This document shows, one piece after another, positions 30,214 to 40,572 of a stretch of 64,000 bases of DNA (its first letter is position 1; each line of letters starts with the position of its first letter). Below the pieces are notes generated by a model. The model searched no databases and was not told where the DNA came from. It was given only the letters and a program-made list of their open reading frames with translations. Source of the stretch: a virus (lineage: Duplodnaviria > Heunggongvirae > Uroviricota > Caudoviricetes); the IMG/VR virus record IMGVR_UViG_3300042340_000144; one strand, 5' to 3'. Both the position numbers and the translations under genes were made by a program.

Positions 30214-32181
30214 ATGCACTAGAGCTACAATGTTATTTCTAACTTTATATCTACTATTAATGTCTTCTAAGTAGTTTCTAACTATAGGTAATGCCATCTT
30301 TAATTGATCAGCACATATAGATTGCACAAATGCATTTGGTGCTTTACGTTGTGCTGCTGAAGAGTCTCCCTTGGAATTAGCCTCATCTATAAAAACCCAT
30401 CTGTTAGTTGGCAGTCTAATTCTTTTAGTTTTAACACCATCTCTAGCACTTTTATCAAGCCATTCTTTAAGCTTGTAATAGGTTTTAAAATATGATGATA
30501 ATACTTTAGCTGCTTCTTCTACTGAACACTTCAAGTCGTCAGATAAACCTTGTTCAGTCTTACCATATATAACACTAAAGTTTAATATCTTACCTTGAAA
30601 TCTATAATCAATACCATCATGTCCCTTTTCAGCCATCTCTCTAATAAGTTCTGGAGCATAAGACTTTAATGTAGGACATAGTGACATAGCAGTTGTAGTA
30701 TGTGGATCAGTGTAAGGATCTTCTACTGGTTTACCTTTCTTATTAAGTATTTGATTACCTGCTGCATCAAGCAGATATAACTGCTTCTTCTTCTGATAAA
30801 ACGGTGCTAAACCTGCTTCATCTTTAGCATAGGCCATAGCAGTAAGAATCTCTTCAGCAGTGTAATCAATACCAGCTATAACGTAGTTATCTCTAGCAAT
30901 GTAACCACTTCTAATATCATAGTTACCTCTAGCTACAACTTGTTGCAAGTTCATCTTATATTTCTTGTCCCCCACAATAATTGAAGAACTAGAAGACATT
31001 CTACCAGTACCAGCACCAACAGGATTAGTAGTAGCATGTAAGGCACCACTTATAGGATTAATAATATTATTATACTTACTAATCTCAGTGATTAGTTTTT
31101 CTTGTTTCTTATAAGTAATTAAAGTATTAATAACCTCTTTAGCTTCAGTTTTATTAGTAATATTATCAACATCTAAGTCTTCCTTAGAGTCTTCATCATC
31201 ATCTTCATCTTCTTCAGTTAGAAACTCTTTCATAATGACAGCATTTAAAGCTGTTAAGTTAACTTTAAACTTATTATTAATAATAGTTGCAAGCTTCTTA
31301 GGATTGTTAAATATCTTAGTAACTAGTGGTGATACAGACATACACTGATGTAATACTCCTTCATCATCCTCTTTTAGTTCAACTGATAGTGGCTGGTCAA
31401 GTTGTTTAGCAAGACTTATCTTAGTTTCATTTGATAGTAGTTCTAACTCTTTAATGAAGCCAATCATCTTATCTTTATCAATGACAAAACCCACATATTC
31501 AACTATAGCTAGAATTCTCATAGCTTCTTGATCTAAGTTAAATGCATATTCTTCATCATAGTCATTAATAAGACTTTGTTTAACATTTAATATTAAGTTT
31601 AACCATTCACTACTAACATCTCTAGCTGAGTATTCTAATTGTTCTTTTGATAGTAATGGTGAAGACCAATCAGATGTTTGTAATTCTTTACTCATTACAA
31701 CACCTGCAAAGTGTCTCATAATAGCAGCTAAACCCGCTCCTATTAACTTACCTTGTCTCCAACCAATAGATACATACAAAGTATTAAACATTACCATAGA
31801 ACAATATATATTAGTAAGTTCTAAGTTGTAATGATGTTTAATTTGTCTTATTTCAAAAGCAGCATTATGAGCCCATACTATAAACTTAGAACTATTACTA
31901 ATTAATAATAATAAAGGTGTTATATCAACTGTATTTAACTCAATAACAATAGGTGGACTATCATTACCAATCCAATTAATACTAAGTAATCTAAGCCTAT
32001 TACAATAGGGATCAATGCCACTACTAACAAGCCTAAATTCTTCTTTAACATATGTTTCAAAATCAATACCTACATTAACTATGTTATTAATAGAAAGAGT
32101 TGCAAGAGTGTTAATAACATACTCTTGCAACTCTAAATCTGTAGTAATGTAGGAATAATCATTATTCCTATGTGATAACAT
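30214..32181 (-). CDS. family A DNA polymerase, exon 1
   Basis: N-terminal 3'-5' exo-like VGIDFETY; motif B RFQGKILNFSVIYG (cf. RxxAKxxNFGxxYG). The track ORF reads through 7 intron codons (KLSNCAL*) after His, truncating before motif C. Confidence 0.85.
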
Positions 32182-32686
32182 TATCTTCCTCTACTGTAGT
32201 ATTTACTAAATCATCAATTGAACTAAATCTATCATTTAATATTCTAGCTTCAGCTTCTAATTGTTCATCTGATATAGGTAGTTCTTCTGAAGTATTATTT
32301 AACATAGCATCTATTTTAAATTGTATTTCAGGATCAAATAAAGTTACATTAGCTTCAGGGCCAATAATATCTTGTTTAGGATCAAATGATGCAACTCTAA
32401 CAGACATATTAGAAGATTGATTATTATAGTTATTACTATAGTTATTATTACTATTATTAGAAGGATTTACATAAGATGTATTAGGTTTATAGTTAGTATT
32501 AACTACTTGTTTTACACCTAATGTTTTACCTAATTGACCAAGTAAATCTTGAGCTTCAGTTATAAATAGGGCCAGACTTTCTAAGTCATCAATAGTTAAC
32601 TTCTTAGAAACTTTAGGTCCCATTAATAACCTAGCTTCCTTTAACTTAGCAACAAGACTGCTATTATTTAAAGGTTGTTTTGTCAT
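32168..32686 (-). CDS. hypothetical N-rich protein
   Basis: 172-aa ORF overlapping pol start by 14 nt. Confidence 0.35.
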   Translation of the reverse strand: MTKQPLNNSSLVAKLKEARLLMGPKVSKKLTIDDLESLALFITEAQDLLGQLGKTLGVKQVVNTNYKPNTSYVNPSNNSNNNYSNNYNNQSSNMSVRVASFDPKQDIIGPEANVTLFDPEIQFKIDAMLNNTSEELPISDEQLEAEARILNDRFSSIDDLVNTTVEEDNVIT

Positions 32687-32958
32687 TAGTTAGAGCCATT
32701 TAACAGTTCTTGATACTTACTAGTAATTCTAGCAACTTGATTATTTAGCCCTCTAATAACACTAGGTCTAGTATCTTCAATTTCTTCATCAGTTAGGTTT
32801 GTTAAAGCATTAACAAGAGTTGCAATATTAGTTCTCTTACCCTTCTTTGTAGTAATATCAGCAACTGTAGTTGCTACAGTTACAGGCACCTCACTAGCAC
32901 TAATTAAATCAACATTAGACATAGGCTGAACAGTTGTTGTAGTTTCTTCTTCAAACAT
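32686..32958 (-). CDS. hypothetical protein
   Basis: 90-aa ORF; (TTTTG)4 repeat on plus strand just 5' of its start. Confidence 0.3.
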   Translation of the reverse strand: MFEEETTTTVQPMSNVDLISASEVPVTVATTVADITTKKGKRTNIATLVNALTNLTDEEIEDTRPSVIRGLNNQVARITSKYQELLNGSN

Positions 32959-33004
32959 AATATATCTCTTTTTGTTTTGTTTTGTTTTGTTTAAAAATAA
33001 CTCT

Positions 33005-34027
33005 TTAAATTAAAGAATTAACATGATCTCTTAGAGCTATAAATAAAGATTCTTCAGCTTTTAACTTAGTAGCTAAATTACCTTCACCTTGTATCTTTAT
33101 AGGCTCCTCTGAACTTAAATTGGGCAAACTTAAAGTAATCCAAGAACCAGCTTGTTTAATAACATTTACATCTGGATGCTTGGCCATTCTAATTAAATCT
33201 ATGTAGGGATTATACATAGTATTAGTAATAGTTTTATCATCACTATCCTGTTCTAGATCAACTTGCATATCAATAGATCTCAATGCTCTACCATACTTTG
33301 ATTTAATACATTTAATCTGTACATCAAAGTCATTAATACCCTGTTCATCAGGTGCTTTTAATGCTCTCTTACTAGTCATTAATCTAATGCTAGCCCAGTA
33401 TGGTAAACCCTTACCACCCATACTACCTTCAGGGTTACCATAACCACTTAAATTAGTATTTCTAACTTGATTAATAAGTATTAGAACTACATTATGTTTC
33501 TTACATTTAACACTAAATTGTGGCAAGTTTTCACTTAACAATCTAGCTCTAACACCCATAACATGAACATCACCTACTTCTTTACTTTCATCTGTTAATT
33601 TCTCTGGAACAAGACCAGCAACACTATCAATAATAACAGCGCAGAAGTCATCACTAAGATAAGATCTAGTACATTGTAAACCTTCCTCAGCACTAGTAGC
33701 ATCAACTAATAATACCTTATCAGGATCTAATCCAACATTAGCAGCATGTGTACTAGTATAACCAAACTCACTAGCTTGTATATAACCTACAAACTTATCT
33801 GTTTGTTGTTGTAATTGAGCAGCTATATACATTGCTAACAATGATTTACTTGTTTGTTCAGGACCATATATTTCAATAATAGTACCATATGGAACACCAC
33901 CACCTAACAAGTAATTAATAGAAGGTGATTCTAACTTAAACCTTTGTACTTCAACTTGATTACCAATACAAACTTGTTTCTTACCAACTACCTTTTCAGT
34001 TAGTTTTAAATACTCATTTAAATCCAT
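33005..34027 (-). CDS. RecA/UvsX-family recombinase
   Basis: 340 aa; Walker A IEIYGPEQTSKS (cf. EIYGPESSGKT), Walker B VIIDSVAGL (cf. IVVDSVAAL), GGKGLPYWASIRL (cf. GG.AL.F.ASVRL). Confidence 0.8.
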   Translation of the reverse strand: MDLNEYLKLTEKVVGKKQVCIGNQVEVQRFKLESPSINYLLGGGVPYGTIIEIYGPEQTSKSLLAMYIAAQLQQQTDKFVGYIQASEFGYTSTHAANVGLDPDKVLLVDATSAEEGLQCTRSYLSDDFCAVIIDSVAGLVPEKLTDESKEVGDVHVMGVRARLLSENLPQFSVKCKKHNVVLILINQVRNTNLSGYGNPEGSMGGKGLPYWASIRLMTSKRALKAPDEQGINDFDVQIKCIKSKYGRALRSIDMQVDLEQDSDDKTITNTMYNPYIDLIRMAKHPDVNVIKQAGSWITLSLPNLSSEEPIKIQGEGNLATKLKAEESLFIALRDHVNSLI

Positions 34028-34085
34028 TACATATACCTTATAAGATTAAACTTAAAAGGCAAACTTAAAAAGTATTACAGATTAA

Positions 34086-34685
34086 TTATTCTATATTTTT
34101 ACTAAACTCATCTAACCATTCTTGTGCTTCCTTTTCATTAGTAACACTAGTATATAATTCAGCTCTACAACTAGGGCCATACTTTCTCCAAGCTTGTTGA
34201 TAATCTTTGACTCCTTGAAATGCATTCATAGCTCTTTTAATAGGATCAGTTTCCTCAGTATCAAATGCTTTTTTAAAAGAGTCAGTATAATACTTAACTT
34301 CCTCTTGAGTAAAGTTTGTTGTAGCACATTCAGCTTGTAATTCATCAAACATCTTGTACTCTAGGTCTCTATTAGCAAAGTACTTATCACAATAATCTAA
34401 CTCATCTTCTAATGTCCAAGTTTGGCCCAAATATTCAAGCCAATTAGGATCTACATCATATAAATATTCATCAGATGTTTTATCAATAAGTTGTCCATAC
34501 ATATCTCTAGAAGGATCACCATATGCTAAATAGTCATAATAAGCATCTTCTAAGTCATTAAAAACATTAGCTATGTAATTAACAACATTAAGTCTTTCTC
34601 TAGTCTTATTAATCCTTTTAAGCTTCTTTTTATAACCACTAGGATAATTCTTTATCTTGTATAGTTTCTTGTCTAACATAACCAT
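34086..34685 (-). CDS. hypothetical protein
   Basis: 199-aa ORF. Confidence 0.35.
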   Translation of the reverse strand: MVMLDKKLYKIKNYPSGYKKKLKRINKTRERLNVVNYIANVFNDLEDAYYDYLAYGDPSRDMYGQLIDKTSDEYLYDVDPNWLEYLGQTWTLEDELDYCDKYFANRDLEYKMFDELQAECATTNFTQEEVKYYTDSFKKAFDTEETDPIKRAMNAFQGVKDYQQAWRKYGPSCRAELYTSVTNEKEAQEWLDEFSKNIE

Positions 34686-35127
34686 TCTCTAACTGTTCAA
34701 AGACTAATTTAGACATTATAAACACAGGGCCATATTCTTTACTATGTATAATATGTATCTCATCTATTCTATATTCATCCTTAGTAACAGCTAACTTATT
34801 ATTAGTTGTTCTACTTTTAATTGAGGTTGGAATTATATCACCATTAGGTAAATGTAAATTACCATCACCATCTCTAAACTTAGCACCACTAGCTTCAGTA
34901 GCTTCTAATCCTAACTCTTTAACAAGATTATTTTCAACTGTTCTACCCCTTTTATTACACTCTTTACCCCTTGCTGATAATGTTAAATCTTTACAAGGAT
35001 GAGGTTCTTTTAATAACTTTGATAAAGGTTTATAGTATAACTTACCTTCACCTGTGATTGCTAAACAAGATGAACATTTATCATCTCTATTTTTACAGTT
35101 AGTTTCAAATTGAATTGGACATGGCAT
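34639..35127 (-). CDS. Cys-rich hypothetical protein (possible nuclease/zinc-ribbon)
   Basis: 162 aa; N-terminal C3,C11,C18,C21 cluster; first gene of leftward operon next to divergent intergenic region. Confidence 0.3.
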   Translation of the reverse strand: MPCPIQFETNCKNRDDKCSSCLAITGEGKLYYKPLSKLLKEPHPCKDLTLSARGKECNKRGRTVENNLVKELGLEATEASGAKFRDGDGNLHLPNGDIIPTSIKSRTTNNKLAVTKDEYRIDEIHIIHSKEYGPVFIMSKLVFEQLENGYVRQETIQDKELS

Positions 35128-35198
35128 ACAATACTCTCTAATATATAGTTTAAATTAAATATAAATAACAATAATAATACTAATTAATAAACATAAAC

Positions 35199-35618
35199 AT
35201 GCTTCTTAAATACTCTTTATCAACTCAAATAACTAATAATACAGAAACAGATGTTAAATGGATATTACCAGCTACAATAACACTTGCAACTAGTAATACT
35301 TATGCATTTACATCTGTAGATATTACAAAAGGCACTCCCTTTATAATAAACATAGATAGCACATATATAGTTAGATATTTAGCTATAAGTAGTAATCAAT
35401 CATTTACATTAAGTATAAACAATCAACAAGAACTTATAACTAAAACATATGCAGTTGATTATGGTGTTAATAGTACTGGTTATACTAATATAAGTAAGAT
35501 TAGTAGTATAAAAATAACTAATCCAACTGGTACAAGAGGACCAATTGGAAATCAGTTTAGTAATCCTAATATTATAGATGTTAAATACTTATTAGTATTA
35601 GAAAAAATAACTACTTAA
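35199..35618 (+). CDS. hypothetical protein (tail-module side)
   Basis: 139-aa ORF on plus strand after strand switch. Confidence 0.35.
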   Translation: MLLKYSLSTQITNNTETDVKWILPATITLATSNTYAFTSVDITKGTPFIINIDSTYIVRYLAISSNQSFTLSINNQQELITKTYAVDYGVNSTGYTNISKISSIKITNPTGTRGPIGNQFSNPNIIDVKYLLVLEKITT

Positions 35619-36012
35619 TAACATCTTCTAAAGACTTTTTATTACTACTTTTATTACTACTTTTAATAGCTTTACTTGGTTGTTTAATTCTAATCTGTTT
35701 AGAAGTAGTAAAGAAATAATCACAGTTAGGATCTATTTCATTAGTTATTTTTTCTGTAGTTAAGTTATAAGTATAATAAGTAAATATGGATCTAGGAGTT
35801 GTTGTAGCTGTTGGGTCCATTTTTATGGTTTGTTTTTCATCAATACTAAACTTAACTCTTTCTCCTTCTTCTACTTGTACAATAACACTATAAAGTCTTG
35901 GACTTTCAATAGGGATTACTTGAGTTCCTCTTTTACTATTTACAATTATAATTTGTAGTGAATCTTTTTTTACTAAAGGATTGATAGGAATAATAACATC
36001 AGTCTCTTTCAT
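35611..36012 (-). CDS. hypothetical protein
   Basis: 133-aa ORF; (AAAT)4 on coding strand directly abuts/overlaps its ATG. Confidence 0.35.
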   Translation of the reverse strand: MKETDVIIPINPLVKKDSLQIIIVNSKRGTQVIPIESPRLYSVIVQVEEGERVKFSIDEKQTIKMDPTATTTPRSIFTYYTYNLTTEKITNEIDPNCDYFFTTSKQIRIKQPSKAIKSSNKSSNKKSLEDVIK

Positions 36013-36024
36013 TTATTTATTTAT

Positions 36025-36405
36025 TTATTCTCTTATAATATGTTTTAAATTACTTAAGACTGTCTCTTTTAGAGAACAATTTAACAAATTAAGTTCTTTT
36101 ATATCTTTAATATAAGTTACTCTTAAATCTTCTATAGTTGTAGGCTTATTAAATATTAAAGATATATATATTAATTTACTTTTATCTCCATTACATAAGC
36201 CTCTTCTTATAAGGGGCCAATAATAATTATCTCTATTATAATATGGTATTGTTATACTATATGTAATAGATGATGCTAGTAAATCTAAATCTTGTAAACA
36301 TTTATGTAATGGAATTACTTGTATTATATGTGGATATGTTTCTCTTTGATAAGTGCCATATAATATACTTTGAAATATATATTTATTTTTATTTAAATTG
36401 CTCAT
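36025..36405 (-). CDS. hypothetical protein
   Basis: 126-aa ORF. Confidence 0.35.
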   Translation of the reverse strand: MSNLNKNKYIFQSILYGTYQRETYPHIIQVIPLHKCLQDLDLLASSITYSITIPYYNRDNYYWPLIRRGLCNGDKSKLIYISLIFNKPTTIEDLRVTYIKDIKELNLLNCSLKETVLSNLKHIIRE

Positions 36406-36572
36406 TAAAATACAACATATATAAACTAGTTTGATCTTATAAAATAAATATTAGTCAGTCTTATTAAATACATATTATATAATAATAAAATATAACTTTT
36501 TTAATTAAATACATTAATATTGAATACAATATAAATTTTAATAATGTTAGGGTTTATTATATAAATAATATA

Positions 36573-36600
36573 AAATAAATAAATAAATAAATAAATAAAT
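36573..36600. repeat. (AAAT)7 tetranucleotide repeat ending 2 nt before ATG of 36603..37472
   Basis: seven perfect AAAT units read directly; leaves no room for a conventional SD. Confidence 0.85.
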
Positions 36601-36602
36601 GA

Positions 36603-37472
36603 ATGGCATCTAAAAGAATTAGTCAATTGCCTCCTGCATCATCTGTATCAGGCAATTCATTATTAGCTATTGTTAATAATAATGTAACTGAAAAAGTTAC
36701 TATATCTCAACTACCTTTAGGTATTACTTCAGTTAATAATTTAGGAGATGGAGCTTCTTTAGGATTTGTATCACAAAATGAATTAAGATTAAAAACTTTA
36801 GTAGCAGGAACTGGTTTATCTTTTACAACAAGTTTTAATAGTGTTACATTAAATACTGTATTTAATGTTAATAATGTAGGTAGTGGAACATCACTTATAA
36901 ATACCTTTACTAATCCTAACTTAGCTTTAAAGTCTATAACTGGATCAGGCAATATTACTATAACTGATAATACTACTAGTATTAACATAGCTAGTACACC
37001 ATTAACAACTTCTAATACTGGTAGTGGAAAATCATTTATAAACTCTTTTACTAATAATAACTTAGCTTTAAAGTCTATAACTGGATCAGGTAGTGTAACA
37101 GTTACAGATAATACTACTAGTATTAATATAGCTAGTGTTCCTGTAACAAGTTCTACTACTGGATCTGGAACATCATTTATAAATTCATTTACCAACTCTA
37201 ACTTAGCTCTTAAATCAATTACTGGATCAGGTAGTGTAACTGTAACTGATAATACCACCAGCATTAATATTGCTAGTACACCAGTAACTGCTTCTAGTAG
37301 TGGTTCTGGTACATCCCTTATAAATTCATTTACTAATTCTAATCTAGCTTTAAAGTCTATAACTGGATCAAATGGTATAATAATTACAAATAATACTACT
37401 AGTATTGATATTGCTAATACTAATAATATAAACTTTGCTCAAACTTTAGCAATAGGAATGCTTAAATGTTAA
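36603..37472 (+). CDS. tail-fibre-like protein with 4 x 47-aa tandem repeats
   Basis: 289 aa; Ser/Thr/Asn-rich beta-type repeats GSGxSxINSFTNxNLALKSITGSGxVTVTDNTTSINIAS...; overlaps start of next fibre gene. Confidence 0.5.
   Translation: MASKRISQLPPASSVSGNSLLAIVNNNVTEKVTISQLPLGITSVNNLGDGASLGFVSQNELRLKTLVAGTGLSFTTSFNSVTLNTVFNVNNVGSGTSLINTFTNPNLALKSITGSGNITITDNTTSINIASTPLTTSNTGSGKSFINSFTNNNLALKSITGSGSVTVTDNTTSINIASVPVTSSTTGSGTSFINSFTNSNLALKSITGSGSVTVTDNTTSINIASTPVTASSSGSGTSLINSFTNSNLALKSITGSNGIIITNNTTSIDIANTNNINFAQTLAIGMLKC
36879..37442 (+). repeat. four tandem 141-bp coding repeats
   Basis: repeat unit starts at 36879, 37020, 37161, 37302 (ggtagtgg/ggatctgg/ggttctgg), period exactly 141 bp. 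Confidence 0.8.
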
Positions 37473-38797
37473 TACTAGGAACAACAACAGATAAAATTCA
37501 AGTTACTTTAAGTAGTGCAATTACTACAAATCAATTAGATTGTATTGCAACTTATAAAGATATAACAACTTCAGCATATTCTGGAAGCGCACCAATACTT
37601 GTTACAACTAATAACACTACTAATGTAGATTTGGTGCCAGCACCAACTTCTAATACTCAAAGAATTGTAGATTTTATTAGCATTTATAACAATGACACTG
37701 CAAATGCAACAGTAACGGTAACAATAAATAGAAATGGTTCAGTGGGTATATTATTTAAATGTACTTTAAAAACTAGTGAATCTTTAGTATATAGTGAAGG
37801 TGCAGGTTGGAATATACATTCAAATAATGGGTCCCCTAAACAATTTTTAACATATGATACTAGTTTAAATTCTAATAAAAACTACTTTAAAAATCCTGCT
37901 TTCTCAGTAATTCAAAGCAGTGCATCAGGAACACTTGCCAACTCCCTAGCACTGCCAACAGCATCGCTTGGATACCTAGGCGAAACAGAGTGGGGTATTG
38001 CTGCTAGTGGTGGCACACCTGCTTATGCTTTTAATTCAGCAAATGAATCTGTCACTTTTACAGGCGCAGCTTCTACTACAGCAATCTATTTACTACAAAG
38101 ACTTGAAAGTAGAGATACTAACAGGCTTAAAGCCAAAACAGTAACATTCTCTTGTGAAATCTCTAACTCACTTCTCACATCAGTAATCTGGGAAGTATTT
38201 AGACCCACTACTAGCAATGATACTCATGGTACTATTGCAACACCTACACAAACTCTAATTGCTAATGGTACTTTTACTGTAAACAGTACATTAAGTAAAT
38301 ATAGTGTTACTTTTGCTTTACCTAGTGAAGTTTCTAGAGGGTTAGAAGTAAGACTGAGAGTAGGAGCGCAAACATCAGGAACATGGGTTGTGTCGCGATT
38401 GCAATTAGAAGAGGGAAGTACTGCTACTGATTTTAATTGTGAAGATTATCCTAAAGAGCTTAGGAAGTGCCAGAGGTATTTTCAGACTAATCCGTTAGGA
38501 TGGGTTTTAACTACAAACTCAATCTCATCTAATATGAATGTATCGGGGACACTGCTAGTCGAAATGCGGACAACACCAATTATCGCCCAACTTACTACAG
38601 ACGTTTATGGCATTGCTACGGGACCCAACACAGACTCGAACTATAGCTCAACCAATAGCGATATTGCCTTGGTGGTCGCTTCTTCAAACGGTGTTGCTCG
38701 TATCAGACTAACTGGACTTGGTGCTGTCTCTCCTACCAACGCTTTTTTCACATTGGGCCCTGAGAACAAGTTCTCTCTTTCTGCACACATTCCCTAA
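37466..38797 (+). CDS. tail fibre / receptor-binding protein A (mosaic)
   Basis: 443 aa; N-terminal ~110 aa near-identical to the start of 39276..40565; C-terminal third encoded by markedly GC-richer DNA (about 38400-38797); ends SAHIP. Confidence 0.6.
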   Translation: MLILGTTTDKIQVTLSSAITTNQLDCIATYKDITTSAYSGSAPILVTTNNTTNVDLVPAPTSNTQRIVDFISIYNNDTANATVTVTINRNGSVGILFKCTLKTSESLVYSEGAGWNIHSNNGSPKQFLTYDTSLNSNKNYFKNPAFSVIQSSASGTLANSLALPTASLGYLGETEWGIAASGGTPAYAFNSANESVTFTGAASTTAIYLLQRLESRDTNRLKAKTVTFSCEISNSLLTSVIWEVFRPTTSNDTHGTIATPTQTLIANGTFTVNSTLSKYSVTFALPSEVSRGLEVRLRVGAQTSGTWVVSRLQLEEGSTATDFNCEDYPKELRKCQRYFQTNPLGWVLTTNSISSNMNVSGTLLVEMRTTPIIAQLTTDVYGIATGPNTDSNYSSTNSDIALVVASSNGVARIRLTGLGAVSPTNAFFTLGPENKFSLSAHIP

Positions 38798-38806
38798 AAA
38801 AACATG

Positions 38807-39119
38807 ATCTACCAACTAACTCAAGACCCTAACCAAATCAAGCGCCTATCCGATGGCGCGCTAGTCCCTAATGCCCAAAATGGCGATTGGCAGCTATACG
38901 AAGCTTGGCTTGCAGAAGCAAAGGCTTGAAAGCAGAGACACCAATAGAATTAAGAGCAAAACAGTAACATTCTCCTGTGAAATCTCTAACTCACTTCTCA
39001 CTTCAATGATTTGGGAAGTATTTAGACCTACTACAATCAATGATACTCATGGTACTATTGCTTCAGGAACTTCTACATATATGCATTGTAGATGGCAAGC
39101 TTTAGCTCATATACCTTAA
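38807..39119 (+). pseudogene. scrambled relic: truncated chaperone-gene 5' end fused to a fibre mid-segment and fibre 3' end
   Basis: 38807-38932 encodes [41 protein letters not shown], a truncated homologue of the 40573..40938 N-terminus. 38921-39065 duplicates fibre-A region 38095-38240 at about 85-90% identity. It ends LAHIP* like both fibres. The track ORF 38871..39119 is a frame-chimera. Confidence 0.6.
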
Positions 39120-39275
39120 TCATTATAAATTTTATTTATAAACTAAAAACTTGATTAAAAAAAACACATTCTATGAAAATTAAAGTACATAAACTTTTAA
39201 CTTTTACAGTTATAATTAATAATATTATAAGTAATAATATAAACATTACTCAAAATTTAAGAGTAGGACTATAAA

Positions 39276-40565
39276 ATGTTAATATTAGCAACAACAACTG
39301 ATAAAATTCAAGTATTACTTACAAGTGCAGTTACAACAAATCAATTAGATTGTATTGCAACTTATAAGGACATTTCAACTACAGCTTATTCTGGCAGTTC
39401 TCCAACACTTGTTACAACTAACAATACAACTGCTGTAGATTTGGTTCCAGCACCAGCTTCTAATGTTCAGAGAATTGTAGACTTTATAAGTGTTTACAAT
39501 GCTGATACTGCAAATGCAATAGTAACTATAAGAATAAATAGAAATGGCTCTACTGGAGTCCTTTTTAAATGTATCTTATCAACTAATGAATTACTTGTAT
39601 ATGTTGAAGGAAAAGGTTGGAATATACACTCAAATAGTGGTTTATCTAAACAATCTTTAACATATGATAATAGTAATATAACTACAAATCCAAACTATAT
39701 AATTAATAGTGGTTTTCAAGTTGCACAAGCAGCAACTTCTGCAACAATAACTGCTGGAACAGCAACACCAACTGCATCTTTAGGTTATCCAGTTGTTGAT
39801 AGTTGGTTTTGTTATTCAGTTGGTGGTAATCCAACTTTAGCTCAAATTGCTGGTTCTGGTAATACTGCTAATAGACTTCAATTAACTGGTGCTGCATCTA
39901 TAACATCTGTTGGTATTGGTCAAAGAATAGAAGCTATTAATGTTGTATCTTTAGCAAATAAAACTGCAACATTATCATTTGAATGTAGTAATTCTTTACT
40001 TACATCTTTAACAGTAATAGCTAATAGACCAACAACAACTGCTAATACATTTGGCACAATTGGAACACCAACAAAGACTTTAATAAATTCTACTAATGTT
40101 GTAATTAATTCAACTTTAACTAGATATTCAGTCACTTTTACTTGCCCACAAGATGTTAATAAAGGGTTAGAAATACTATTTGTTTTAGGTGCTCAAACTA
40201 GTGGTACTTTTGTATTATCTAATGTAAAATTAGAAGAAGGTAGTGTTGCTACTACTTATGTAAGTTCTGATTATCCTAGGGAATTGAGAATATGTCAGAG
40301 ATATTTTTGGGCGCTGTTGAGTCCACTTGCTCTCCAAGGTGTTTCGGGCGGAGTAACCACTCAGCAAGTTTTCCCCATTTCTTTACCTAGCCCAATGTTT
40401 GCTAGTCCTGTTGTTAGTTCCAGTTCATCTGGCTTGATACAGTGTACATTAGCTACAACAGCTAGTACACAGTTTTTGATTATTATTTTAACGTCAACTA
40501 TTTCTGCGCCGAATGGAACAGCAGGTACGTTATCTACAGCTCTCTTATCTGCTTATATACCCTAA
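39276..40565 (+). CDS. tail fibre / receptor-binding protein B (paralog of fibre A, different distal domain)
   Basis: 429 aa; conserved N-terminus MLILATTTDKIQV...NRNGS; distal part diverged; last ~260 nt GC-richer; ends SAYIP. Confidence 0.6.
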   Translation: MLILATTTDKIQVLLTSAVTTNQLDCIATYKDISTTAYSGSSPTLVTTNNTTAVDLVPAPASNVQRIVDFISVYNADTANAIVTIRINRNGSTGVLFKCILSTNELLVYVEGKGWNIHSNSGLSKQSLTYDNSNITTNPNYIINSGFQVAQAATSATITAGTATPTASLGYPVVDSWFCYSVGGNPTLAQIAGSGNTANRLQLTGAASITSVGIGQRIEAINVVSLANKTATLSFECSNSLLTSLTVIANRPTTTANTFGTIGTPTKTLINSTNVVINSTLTRYSVTFTCPQDVNKGLEILFVLGAQTSGTFVLSNVKLEEGSVATTYVSSDYPRELRICQRYFWALLSPLALQGVSGGVTTQQVFPISLPSPMFASPVVSSSSSGLIQCTLATTASTQFLIIILTSTISAPNGTAGTLSTALLSAYIP

Positions 40566-40572
40566 ATAAACT

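Noticed and set aside
36707-37264. 185-aa minus-strand ORF opposite the repeat fibre gene
   Set aside because: It is the mirror image of the 141-bp repeats; repeats keep any frame open. The plus-strand product has coherent beta-repeat sequence and operon context.
38871-39119. 82-aa ORF between the two fibre genes taken as a real gene
   Set aside because: Its first 17 codons read the truncated chaperone-gene copy in the wrong frame and the rest is a partial duplicate of fibre A. It is a chimeric relic and is reported as a pseudogene.
39920-40135. 71-aa antisense ORF in fibre B; 41113..41397 antisense in the lysin gene
   Set aside because: Both are nested antisense ORFs without context.
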